DNA of 64,000 nucleotides from Octopus vulgaris (lineage: Eukaryota), in NCBI GenBank assembly GCA_951406725.2, contig OX597823.1, positions 34,596,001-34,660,000 on the forward strand, read 5' to 3'. The translations under genes were made by a program, and so were the position numbers. Positions 26,830-39,190 of the stretch are shown one piece after another. Every line of letters starts with the position of its first letter. Position 1 is the stretch's first letter. The notes under the pieces were generated by a model that saw nothing but the letters and a program-made list of their open reading frames with translations, searched no databases and had not been told where the DNA came from.

Positions 26830-27214
26830 CTAGAAACATGATTTAAGGAAACTGTGTCATTCAAAAAACAGGAGATTAAACATTTTAATACAGTCTTGCT
26901 TCAATAACTTGTTTGTGTTGGGCAGGTTGTGTGTGTGGGGGGGTCTGTTAGTGTGTGAGTGTGTGCGTGAGTGTGTGCGTGTGTGAGAGAGAGAGAGTGT
27001 GTGTGTGTGTGCGTGCGTGTGTGTGTGTGCGTGTGTGAGTGGATTTGGTAAGTTGTATCTACATATGCCCAGTCATAGAGTGACCAATGATTTCACATCC
27101 ATAAAATGCTTAGCTTTATGGACGCCATGTTAGACTCTAATGGCAGAGTGCATGTAATTTCTCTTCAAACTAGAGGCGGAAAATCATTTCAGTCAGTTAA
27201 TTTGTAAGCAAAGA

Positions 27215-28990
27215 ATATTGTTTCAATGTGGGTAAAACAATCTGACCCCAAGGGTTCCTTCGACCTGGCGATGGGAGCCTACAACAGTGCCAACATTTGT
27301 GACCTCATTCGGCTATACATCCTGGACACCTTAGGGAAGAAGTTCCCTTCAGTCCTCTTCCATCTATACAGAGATGATGCCCTAACCATCTCTACAAGAA
27401 CCAATGGACACACCCTTGATAGACTTTGAAGGAACCTGATTAGTGCCCTAGGTTCCATGGGACTCAAAATATCTATTGAGACCAACCACAACATCGTAGA
27501 CTTCCTAGATGTCATGCTAGACTTGGGCTGTGGTTCATACAGGACCTACTACAAGCTAAATGAGAGGCTGTCTTACATCAATACAGCCTCCTTCCACCCG
27601 CCTATTGTGTTCAAGAACTTAGTGAAGGGTATCAGCAAGAGGAACTCAAATCTATATTCAAATCAATAAATTTTCGACACACTGACATCCTGTGGGTTTA
27701 AGGACTGCATCTCATATGCCAGAACCTAGCACCCATCAAAGGAAGCACAACATTTGGTTTACCCCACCCTTCTCACTCAATGTTAAGACTTGTGCGAGAA
27801 GAATACTCCTTAGGTTAGTAGACACACAGGTACAGATATTTGTTCAATAGGCACAACCTAAGTGTCTCCTTTAGTTGTGCACCCAACATGTAAAGTATAT
27901 TGGCAAACACCCATAAAACATGAACAGAGGCTGGTTGCTCATGTAAGGTAGGGGGTAATGTGAGGCTGAGGGAGTCGTATATGAGACTATGATGTTATCC
28001 AGCCCTAGCAATCAGAGTAATAGCAGCAGCAGCTCAACCAACAACACCATCAATGACAACATTGACAATGGTAGTGCAGTGGTGGAAACAATGCATTAAG
28101 CAGCAGAAACACCAGCACTGACAACAATGACTGCAACACCAACACCAGTGCTACAGCTGGAGATGACGACTACACCAGCACCAGCAGCACCAGTGAAGTT
28201 ACCAATCCCATGACCAGTATTAACAGTGATAGCAGCCACAAAAGAAAGTGCTTTGGTCAGTAACCCTTTTGATGTAGACGGGTAAAAATCAACTACATGG
28301 AATTGGGTGAACCTTTCCCTACCTCTTCCCTTGCTGACATTAAACCATGAGGTCACTTCATTGGTGCTACACCATAACGAAAGGTTAGTGGCCCTTCTTA
28401 TGTTGCTATTGATATTTCTCAATATTTATTTGGTCACCAGAGCAGTCTTGGATTTGGCCGGATCGATTAGGCAGCACTTAGGGTGCAAAAAAGGAGGTAT
28501 ATAACATTGCTGGCTAGCCATATCTGGCAACTAAAGGATGATGGAATTCCACATACGATTTCATGGAAAATACTCAAACAACCAAGCCCCTACATAAAAT
28601 TCACAAGAATTGTAAAAGATTTGCTCATACCAGGGACCACACTTACCCCAGAACAGAGATTTTTGGGCCATGTTTGCACTTTAGGAAATTTCTGCTGGCT
28701 TTTTGGGAACCAGAAGTTGATACCTTATAGGAGACAGAGATAATTGCTTATTGTTTACCCTCATAGGCAGGTGATGGTGGCATGGTTGGAAGTCAATAGC
28801 CATTAGCAAAGGGAGATAATCCCCTTGTTTACTCTTGCTTTTTGTAATAAAATTCTTTCTCCTCCATATTTTAAAGAGGTCTTAGGTCAACAGGTATTTG
28901 GGGTCTGACGACATGCCATAAAGTTTAACACTTTATGGATGGGAAATCCAAGATAACCCCATAAACTAGCCTTCACCAGATAAAAATATA
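27215..28990 (+). mobile_element. Degenerate Penelope-like element with an inverted internal segment
   Basis: RT motifs FDLAMGAYNSANICDL..., LYRDDAL, DFLDVMLDL, YINTASFHPP; C-terminal LASHIWQLKD...ISWKIL. An upstream RT piece (LWCSTNEVTSWF...VVDFYPS) lies on the minus strand at ~28230-28490. Confidence 0.85.
28899..28961 (+). ncRNA. Near-intact type-I hammerhead ribozyme at the 3' end (pLTR) of the Penelope-like element
   Basis: tggggt-CTGACGA-catgccataaag(tttaaca)ctttatggatgg-GAAA-tc(caa)ga-TA-acccca. AUA cleavage after 28955. Confidence 0.8.
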
Positions 28991-29086
28991 CACTGCTCTA
29001 TTTCTTAGAGTGTGCTTCTCTGGATTTATGTTTTTCTAATAACAATATATATATATATACATAAATACTTATACATATACACACAC

Positions 29087-29120
<34 letters not shown>

Positions 29121-30113
29121 GGGGGGAGAAAGAGAGAGAAGGAGGGAGCGAAAAAGATAGAGATTGACACAGTCTTCTGACTTGCCAGTTCTTGTCAAAC
29201 CATTCAACCGATGCGAGCATGGAAAATAGTTAAAGGATGATGATGGTGATGATGATGATGAAGATGATGTCATAAGAATTTAGAAACTTTGAAATTAGAA
29301 ATGTCAAGAGATGTGAAATAATTTGTTTTCAACTGAAGGATTCAAACTAAAGCTATAAATAACAGCACATAAATATTGGCTTAAAAACCTTTTTGGTGAG
29401 AAAAGGTCGAAATCTGCTCATGGGAGAAAACCCTCGTCTTCTGTTAGGTTTTTAACCTAATATTTACATGCTGCTATTTATAGTAGGGTCCACTCTGAGA
29501 TATCCAGAATTATTCATTTACGTGTGTGTGTGTGTGTGTCCTACCTTTTATCTTTGCATTAGACACCCTCCAGTCATAGTTAATTGTTATCAAATCATTT
29601 ATAAATACAGAGACTGCTGTTAATTGCAGGCTTTCTTGGAAGTGTCTTGTGTTAATCATCTTCCATCATGGTTAATAAATTACCCCTGATGTCTATATTC
29701 AACCATCCTCATTTGTCTTTTGTTGGGTGGTGGGAAATACTTCTTAAGGCCAACTCTCTGTTTCCAGTAAACGTCATCATCATCCATCATCGTTTAACAT
29801 CTGCCTTCCATGCTGGCATGGGTTGGATGGTTTCACAGGAACTGGCCAGGCAGATGATTGCATCAGACTTCTGTTGTGTCTATTTTGGCACGGTTTTTAC
29901 AGCTGGATGCCCTTCCTAACACCGATTACCCAGCAGAGTGGACTTTGTGCTTTTTACGTGGTACAAGCACAGGCAAGGTCAATTTTGGTAGAGTTTTTAC
30001 AGTTGGATGCCCTTCCAAATACCAACCACTGTATCTAATCTAAAAGCCAAGATATACATGGTAAATATATTAAAAAAGAATTTTGTTACTGATCTGTTAT
30101 TATTGGAACTCAC

Positions 30114-30306
30114 CTGAGCCTGATCTTCCAGCAATTCCAAGTTTTTGTCCTGGCAATACTTGTAAATGTATCTTCTTCAGTGTGTTTGGCAAATCACTGC
30201 GATATCGCATGCTATAATCCTCAAACATGATATGACCAATGTCCATCCAGGTGGGAGAAAGATTAGTTGTTGGTTCAATTTCAAAGCTTTGCAACTCCTC
30301 ACCAAC
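30114..30306 (-). CDS. ABCC5: ABCC5-like exon (NBD2 start, first half of Walker A)
   Basis: 193 nt, acctag|...G|gtgagt. ...GHIMFEDYSMRYRSDLPNTLKKIHLQVLPGQKLGIAGRSGS(G). Confidence 0.93.
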
Positions 30307-30373
30307 CTAGGTAATATTAGAAAATTACTATTTTTAAATCTCACAACTAGAGATATTCAGCAACAGTACTTTT

Positions 30374-30749
30374 GGTGTAAAGGTTGTTTGTCAACATAAC
30401 ATGGCAGTCCTGGTTTAGGACGAATGTTGCTGTAATTTAGCTCCAGGAGACATCATCTCCAGCTGGCTATATGACATGATCTGTGTCCTTATATTTTCAA
30501 ACAAGGGAATCTAGCACCCCCACTCAGCTCAAAACAAAATCTGTGTATCGCAATTTCTGGGTTATTTCTCTTCATCAGCAGATATTGTTTTGAGCTGAGT
30601 GGGGGTACTAGATTCCCTTGTCCGAAAAATGTAAGGACACAGATTGTGTCGTATAGTCAACTGGAGACGATGTCTCCTGGGGTTAAATTACAGCAACATT
30701 CATCCTAAACCAGGACTGCCATGTTATGTTGACAAACAAACTTTACTCC
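30374..30749. repeat. Long imperfect inverted repeat (~170-bp arms) with a hammerhead core in the loop
   Basis: 30374-30543 pairs with 30579-30749. A single-arm copy of the same family lies at ~60750-60918. Confidence 0.9.
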
Positions 30750-31014
30750 TAGATATTGTTGCCTGAAATAAAACAAGTTTTAATAATTTAAGTGTGTCTT
30801 GGGAAATTACATCAATAAGAAATACAAACTTTGATTCTGTTTCCCTCCGTTGATTATTATTAGTCAGTTAACTATTGAACCAATTAACTGATCAAATATT
30901 TAATTAATTGTTCAGTAAATCAATCAATTAGCTAAGTTCATCAGAGTCCTGTCATCACCATTCATGACCTCATTAGTGACAAGCCCCTTTCTATTTCAGA
31001 TCAAACAATCAATT

Positions 31015-31017
<3 letters not shown>

Positions 31018-31096
<79 letters not shown>

Positions 31097-31102
31097 AAGA
31101 AG

Positions 31103-31163
<61 letters not shown>

Positions 31164-31170
31164 CCACCAA
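31018..31170. repeat. Compound (TAA)n(GAA)n(CAA)n microsatellite
   Basis: Read directly. Confidence 0.95.
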
Positions 31171-31974
31171 TAAAAGAAGTGAAACAGAACCAATGAGTGT
31201 GTTTATTATTGACATAATGACCCATATATAAAATATCATCAGTAAAATCCCTCGCTGCCAACACTGGAAGATCCTCACCAAAAAAAACAGATCACATCAA
31301 TTTACATTCCAATCAGGGTGGCAGATACTCTCTGCCCTCCTCAGCAAATTGGAACATGATATCTTGCTCAAATACTTCAAAACCTTTTGGTGCCACCTTG
31401 TATCCTCAAAAAGGCTAAAGAGTTCTCTTGGCCTATTTTTTTTTACCATTCATTTACCATTTTACAGAGTATTTGGCACATTTTATTGTAGCAGTAGCAC
31501 CAGTGATATTGCAACTGATATTTGAAAAACACTGCCTTTTGTTTCAACAAATTTTTTAAATAAAGAATTTAGTAAAATATTTTGTGATTATTATTCTGGT
31601 GTTTAAAACATAAATTAACATGGAATTTTGATGGAAGGTTTTCATCTCAATCCTTTGAAATAGGAAGTTTGTATCATAGAACCAGGAATAGTCTCAGACA
31701 GGTTGGTATCAAAAGAGTTAAAGAGCATGAAAATTAAGAAGAAAACAAAAGAAACTTCACAAGGCTTTTACAATCTGCTCAATAACTGTCAGCAGATGGT
31801 CACTAAATCAGTGACCATGAGACAGCAGATGGTCACTAAATCAGTGACCATGAGACAGCAGTAGAATGGAACAGAGAACAGACTCTAAGTTTTCATCTAT
31901 GAATGTCTAACTTCTCATTGGTCTTATTAAATACCAAGTGTATTCTTTACAATGGCAACCATTATTTTAAATAA

Positions 31975-32360
31975 TAAAATAATAATAATGAAATTATTGT
32001 ATACAGTGCTCAGGTGCACCACAACTTGTCAGAAAGTGCATATAAAGTATATGCAGTATTGTACAAATGTCAGGAAAGCGAACAATGTATGAGTCAGATA
32101 CATGCTTGTGTGTGTATGGAGGGGAGGAAATCAAGTGTAGTGTTGGCGAATCTCAGAAAGCATGGACGTTTTGAAGGATGCAGTGCTCTGACAACTAACA
32201 ACTGATGCTGGCAGTTTGTTCCATGCTTCAGCAACTCTCAGCGTGAAAAAATGTTTCCTACCTAAAGTCATGGGAGCTGTGCTGTTTTCTGACTTTGTAA
32301 ATATGTCCATGGGTGGAGTTTGAAAAGATGCTCAGAGTTATTGTTTGTAAGATGGTTGAA
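31975..32360 (-). mobile_element. CR1/L2-type LINE 3' end
   Basis: Minus strand HGHIYKVRKQHSSHDF..RKHFFTLRVAEAWNKLPASVVS, followed by an (ATT)n-like tail. Confidence 0.75.
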
Positions 32361-32465
32361 AGCTATCTTTATATGATGGGCTTTTAGGAGTGAAGCTGAA
32401 TGTCATGTTAGAAATTGATTTTTTGGTTGTTTTACTTTATGTATGAATGAAAAAAAATATATCAC

Positions 32466-32555
32466 CTTGATATATTCTGCAACTCTTTTCACAGAGTCAA
32501 ACCTTGCAGCTGCGTCAATCAGAAGCCGTATAACAAAATAGCACATTCCTATAAA
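32466..32555 (-). CDS. ABCC5: ABCC5-like exon (end of TMD2)
   Basis: 90 nt, tttcag|...|gtgata. FIGMCYFVIRLLIDAAARFDSVKRVAEYIK, matching the ABCC 'ARFTSVERI..YI' region. Confidence 0.9.
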
Positions 32556-33860
32556 CTGAAAAAAAAAAGACAAAACAAAAGCAACAACATATGTAGTAAA
32601 AACAAGTATTTAACAAATGCAACACTTTGGGTCAACAACATGTGTGGTATTAGCAAAAATGTCAGTTTGAAACAAATCAAGAATTTATTTGCCACAGCCT
32701 GAAAACATCTTAATTGAGTTCCCAAACAGAATTTCAAGTTCAACTAACACAGTGTTAAGCAACCAAATTTTCTCACACACCCAACTTTGATTTTCAGCAA
32801 AAATTCATTCCCCCAACTATAAACAGAGAAAATTAGCACATTCATCATCATCGTCGTCATCGTCATCATCTTTTAACGTCTGTTTTCTATGCTGGCATGG
32901 GTTGGACGTCCATTTTCCATGCTGGCTGCACCAGACTCCAATCTAATCTGGTAAGGTTTCTACAGCTGGATGCCCTGCCTATTGCCAACAACTCTGAGAG
33001 TATAGTGGGGGCTTTTCATGTACAACTGGCACAGGAGCCAGTCAGGCAGTCCTGGTATCGATCACATTCAGATAGTGCTTTTTATGTGTCACCGGCATGG
33101 AAGCCAGTCAGTGGGCACTGGCCACAGCTACGATTTTGGTTTTACTGGACAAAACAGGTCTTCTCAACCTGTTTTAAATGGGCCAGATATGCAACACTGG
33201 CACCGGCCATGGCTATAATGAGAGGAGAAAATGAAGGTGTGGTACTTCCTCACACAGTTGTCCCCATCCATACATGTAATACTGCTGCTGATGATGAAGA
33301 TGACTGTTCACTCATGACTGAAGAAGACCATCACTGACCATTGCCCTTACAAAATGCCTGCAATGACCATGCTTGAGGTTATTGCACCAACAGTTGCTTC
33401 ACTTGGGTTTGCATCCACAGCTTACATCTTCACTGTAGCACCCTCCTACTCAGCCAAGCATTGGAACATTACCATGCTGGCGATGGCACAACCTAAGAGT
33501 TTGGGTCCAATAAGGCTTGCACAGTTCCTCACAGACCCTCTCCATTCTACTGACATTATCCAGAGACAAGCCAGGGCAAGATAACCAGTGCCAATATGGG
33601 TCACAGGCCCAGGAATGTTGGAGCACCATGATCTCAAAAGTATGTAAAAGATCCCTGAAACGTTCAGTGCCATTCCTTTCATATCTGGTTTTATATCAGT
33701 GTGACTTTCTCCTCGAGATATGCTTTAGCAAAAACTGAGGGGTACCGGGTTAGTTGCCAACAACCTGACCATGCAACAGGTTATACTGGATTCCATGTTA
33801 CCAGTAGCACTCATGAGAGACCTCACAAGTGACCTTGCACACACGCATACAATACACACA

Positions 33861-33899
<39 letters not shown>

Positions 33900-34006
33900 T
33901 TGGAAGAAGTTTTAATTAAAACATTATTGCAAATTTTATTCACTTGTTATTTATTTAAGCTTCATTCTGAAGTAATCAATGCCCCACCTTAAAAAACACT
34001 GATTTT

Positions 34007-34046
<40 letters not shown>

Positions 34047-34643
34047 ATGCACATGCATTTGTGTGTAGTTTTTATTGCTTATCCCCAGCCAGTCCTCATT
34101 GACCAAGCAAATTTTTGATCAACTGACTGAAGTCTTTTATTCAGAGACAGTATATCTAGTACTACATCATACAATGTGTCCTTTTTCAAAGGCCTACAGA
34201 ATATGATTTTGAGCAAGATTTGGCTGCTATTTCTAGTAGTGTAGCATGACTTATTATATAGAGGCTTCCTGATGATCTTATGGTAACCAAGCTGAAATGC
34301 CATTCAGAATAAAAAAGCAAAAATGTTTTCCTGCACTCTTCTTGGGGTCAAATAATTGCACAGATTAAATCTTGGTGACAAAAATCTGGATTGAGGACAG
34401 AAACGTATCTGAACAAGGTTTCTTAAAAACTTCATAAAAATACACCAAATCCAGTCAGACTTTTAGCTACAGTTAGGATAATACCAATGCCTGGATAGTG
34501 GAAATGACCAGTGTCTGGTTGTTTTAAATAAGTTTCTAATGTAGTCCTGTTTTATGGCATGATACATTTCTATCATGTTTGTTTTATAACCACCACCGTC
34601 TTTTAAAAAGCATATAAGAAGAGCAAGGAGGAGAGGAGGAGAA

Positions 34644-34708
<65 letters not shown>

Positions 34709-34790
34709 TTCAAGACAATTCATTGCCTAAGACATTTTATGCTTGAAAAATTATTTGTGAAGTGATTTGTACATGATGAGAGGCATCCGT

Positions 34791-35050
34791 AAACCTTTAC
34801 TTAAGTAGAGCTCACTGCTTCACAACAAATCTTTAGTCAACTAGAGCTCACTGCATCACAACAAACCTTTAGCTAAGTAGAGATCACTTCACAAAAAATC
34901 CTTAGTCAACTAAAGCTCACTGCCTCACAACAAACCTTTAATCAAGTAGAGCTCACTGCTTCTCAACAAACCTTTAGTCAACTAGAGCTCACTGCCTCAC
35001 AACAAACCTTTAGTCAAGGAGAGCGCACTACCTCACAACAAACATGTAAT
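34791..35050. repeat. Minisatellite, ~36-bp unit x ~7
   Basis: Consensus AAACCTTTAGTCAAGTAGAGCTCACTGCCTCACAAC, contiguous units with no spacers. Confidence 0.9.
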
Positions 35051-35108
35051 CAAGCAGAAATACATTGTTTTATGACCAACTTAAATATTCTTAGAAGAAA
35101 TTACAAAC

Positions 35109-35292
35109 CTGCACAGCAAAAACTAATCCAAGTCCTGCAAACTCTGCTGAAATTTCTGTGATGAAAACAACACTTATGATAAAAGCAAAGAGGATTAAGT
35201 TGGCAATAAACTCCAGTCGTACTGCAATCCATCGATCTGAGAGATAGAACAGGAAACTAAAAGATGTGTGTTTATCGTGCAGATCAGAAAAC
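35109..35292 (-). CDS. ABCC5: ABCC5-like exon (TMD2)
   Basis: 184 nt, ttccag|G...CAG|gtttgt. FSDLHDKHTSFSFLFYLSDRWIAVRLEFIAN...AGLGLVFAVQ. Confidence 0.92.
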
Positions 35293-35621
35293 CTGGAAAT
35301 ATACAAGAGAAATTGGTAAATACTATGATACATATATATACATATATATACACACACACACACATATAGATAGATAGATAGATATATATCATCATCATCA
35401 TCGTTTAACATCTGTTTTCCATGCTGGCATGGGTTGGACGATTTGAATGGGGACTGGCAAGCCAGCAGCTGCATCAGGCTTCAGTCTGATCTGGCAATGT
35501 TTCTCCAGCTGGATACTCTTCCTAACGCCAACCACTCTGAGAGTGTAGCGGGTGCATTTTATGTGCCACTGGCACAGGAGCCAGTCAGTGGGTACTGGTA
35601 CTGGCCATGCTTAGATATATA

Positions 35622-35658
<37 letters not shown>

Positions 35659-37063
35659 TATATGTCATATATAGGCAGTTTAATAATTAGGGTGTTGTAC
35701 TCATGACTGAAAGAAGATATATGGTTTCAATTCCTGCACTAGCAATACATTGTGTTCTTGTGCAAAACACTTCATTTCATATCACTTAAGTCCTTTCAAC
35801 TGTAAACGGGTAACCCTGCAGCAAACTAACATCCCATTCAAGGGCAACATTGACCTGCCCTCCTAGACAGTGGGGTGGCATCATTTGAAAGCCACAGCAT
35901 TGTGAGGAAGTGCATTGTGATCAGCAGTGTATAACAAATATCCAACAGCCTGGGTGATACAGTGATATAGATATTATACTGGTTTCAAATTTTGGCACAA
36001 GGCCAGAGATTTGAGGAGAGGGGTTAAGTTGATTATATCAAGTCCAGTACTTTGCTGGTCCTTTATTTTATCAACCCTGAAAGACAAAATTAACCTAGGT
36101 AGAATTTGAACTCAGAATGTAAGGTGGGGATCAAATGCTGTTCAGCATTTCACCCAGTCTGCTAATGGTTCTGCCAACTTGCTACATTATATAGGTATTA
36201 TATTAATAAATATTATTGGTCTTGTTCTTGTTGCTACTATAATTAGCAACCAAAACATCAAGAGAAACATACCAACGTTCACAACAGATGGATTTAAGTT
36301 AGAAATGTCATCTCAAGATGGACATTACAAGCATCTCTCATGCAATGAAAATATTGTGTTTTTGAAAGTCTTGCCATAATGTGGAATTCAGTAACACAAA
36401 ACTTATTTTCCAGTCATGTCTATATATCATGAAAGTCAATGGAAAATACATATAGGAATTCCATGTCATTGGAAGATTTTCAAGAATGCAACATTTACAT
36501 GAAATTTTGAAACATGAAGGACAACCATGGAAAGAGGATTTTTTTTTTTTGTAATAAGAGGGAGAAATCCAAATTCTTGCTGAATAATTAATTGAAAACT
36601 ATTTCTAAGAAGTCAGTGTTTGAAGAATATTTTGCTGTAAGTAGACTTTCTGATTGTATGAAGACGTGACCTTCATTTTACAAGATTAAATATTGGCATT
36701 ATAACAAGATGACACCTTTCTGGTACATCTAACTTTTACTTGTTTTAGAAGATGTGATCCTATTTTTACTAATCTGAATGGTTGTTAAAAGAGACAGATT
36801 CCACTGAGATTCCAAAGACTACACATACCTTACATTACACACAGTCATCTACATACACACACCTTACAGATATCACACAGTTACCTACAACCAGAGTCAT
36901 GCATTATCGCAAATGCACAGATTACATGCAACACATGCAGTTACCTCCTTCCATCCATTGCAATACATCATCACACGTTTTACTTACTCAGCATTCATTG
37001 AAGTATGTTATGACAGGAATAAAATGCAAACAAGAAATGAGAAATGAAGAAATAATATATTAC

Positions 37064-37346
37064 CAGCTGAAAAAAACATTGTTTTTTCTGTAAGCAAAAA
37101 GTGATGTCAGTCCATGTAAGGAAGTGGTGATGAGACTGATTAATGGTGACCGAGAAATGTTATCAAGTTTCTTTATTTCAAGGACACTTTTAGTAAATGT
37201 CCAACTGACGGCCACAAAGATTATCAGCAGTAGAATAAAGGCCATAGTCACGTGTGGTGCTATGATAATTAAAGATATAACGACTGCCAGCAACAGCACA
37301 ATCCCCAGTAAAGTGATTTCACCTGAGAGGGGTAACCGATTGTCAA
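37064..37346 (-). CDS. ABCC5: ABCC5-like exon (TMD2)
   Basis: 283 nt, caccag|...TG|gtaata. (L)DNRLPLSGE...EIKKLDNISRSPLISLITTSLHGLTSLFAY. Confidence 0.93.
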
Positions 37347-38267
37347 CTGGTGAGGAAAAATAAAAGGGAGAGAAAAATAAATAAATACAAAAAACAAAAC
37401 AAAAAACGGTTGGGAACAAAAACAGAAATAAATAATGAATATTTTTTATGGTATCAAAGTGGATTATAAATGTGATTCAATATTTGCAATGTTTCAACAT
37501 TAAATACAATCCAAGTAGGGTTAAAAACAGGGTTTAGGGTTCGATACTGGTTCCAAGTTTTGGCATAGGACCAGCAGTTTTTGAAGGGAAAGGCAAGGGA
37601 ATTATATTGACCAATGTACTGATTGACGCTTATTTTATCAACTTTGAAAGGATGAAAGGCAAAGTCAATCTCTGTGGAATTTGAACTCAAAATGCAAAGA
37701 TGGACAAAATGTTGCTAAGCATTTGGCCTGGCATGCTAATGGTTCTACCAGTTCACCCACCTGTTAAGGAAGGGTTAGATAGCTGGTTAACAATATTCTG
37801 GGTCAGTGTGGGAGATAACTCTGAAAGTTTCTATATTCTTATCTTACATATAATAAAATACACAATGAGTGACCTGTCAGTCACACTAGAAGGAAAGAAG
37901 AGTAAAACAACCAATGGAGTGGGAGTGAATGGTGGTCAGAGGCAGTAAAGCAGGTGGACAGCACAGGTAAGTTTTGCTCTAAAGAAGTTCATTGTTTAAT
38001 CAAAATATTCATGCAAATTATTATTGCAAATTGTATTCAGCACCCATGCACACACACAAGATATATGAATATATATATAAAATTGTATATTAAACACTTT
38101 TGTTTTCAAAATATTGTTCACATAACAACCTATATATAAATGTTATGTGAATGATAAACAAATAAGACACCTCAAACATATTAAATATATTAGACATCGA
38201 ATATAAAATATGTATATATGTATGTATACATGCAAAATGAGAGAAAGCAAAAGGTGGAGACTTTCAG

Positions 38268-38700
38268 ATGATGAATTTTTATGCATGAATATATAGATAT
38301 TTATATTAATAGGTCCAGTTTTCACAGAATACAAACGACAGAGAAAATTAAAGGGGTGGAAGAAAGGTGTTATAAGTCCAACAGCTGTTTCTAGCAGTTT
38401 GGCAATTTGTAATAATAATTCTATCTTTGAACTTCTCTGCATTAAGATCTGAAGTGTAAGCTCTTCTCTACCCTGATGAGAGAGGCTCATCTTATCCTAT
38501 GTTAATCGCATCCATATGGCCACATATTGTAATGAACTAAATCTATCAGCATTATCATGAATTGCCAAGCCCCCAGAAACAGCTGTTGGACTTATAACAC
38601 CTTTCTTCCACCCCCTTTAATTTTCTCTCTCATTTGTACTTTGTGTAAGTTACACCTATTAATATAAATATCTCTATATTTATACATAAAAATTCATCAT
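38268..38700. repeat. Imperfect inverted repeat (~150-bp arms, ~130-bp spacer)
   Basis: Arms share GGGGTGGAAGAAAGGTGTTATAAGTCCAACAGCTGTTTCT and its reverse complement. Confidence 0.85.
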
Positions 38701-39143
38701 GTATATATGTATACAGATTTGTGTGTTTTGATTTATGTATGTATTTTAATGCATATACTTGTATATCTAGACATGCTCATATGCTAGATATCTAGACATG
38801 CTTAGATAAATTTCTGAAAAGTTTTACACATTTTTACAATTCCAGCGATGGCATTCTCCTTTCCAAATTTGAGAAACCTAATTTCTCAAGATTGGTATTA
38901 AGGTAGTGTGTTACATATCTCAGAGCCTCAATAATTACAGGTAGAAACTTTAACTTGTATATATGTATATATGCAAGCTTATATATTCTTTCTTTTCTCT
39001 TACTCTTTCTATCGATCTCTTTTGCTGAACCACAAAGTGATGGGGACGTAAATACACCAACATTGGTTGTCAAGCGATGGTGGTGGGGGAACAGACACAG
39101 ACACAAATAACAAACACACACACATACATATACATATACATAT

Positions 39144-39190
<47 letters not shown>

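Noticed and set aside
32549-32550. Alternative acceptor (ttatag) for the 90-nt exon
   Set aside because: It would give 83 nt and a frameshift; the AG at 32556-32557 keeps the frame.
34791-35050. CRISPR-like array of ~36-bp repeats
   Set aside because: Units are contiguous with no unique spacers, the context is a eukaryotic intron, and there are no cas genes.
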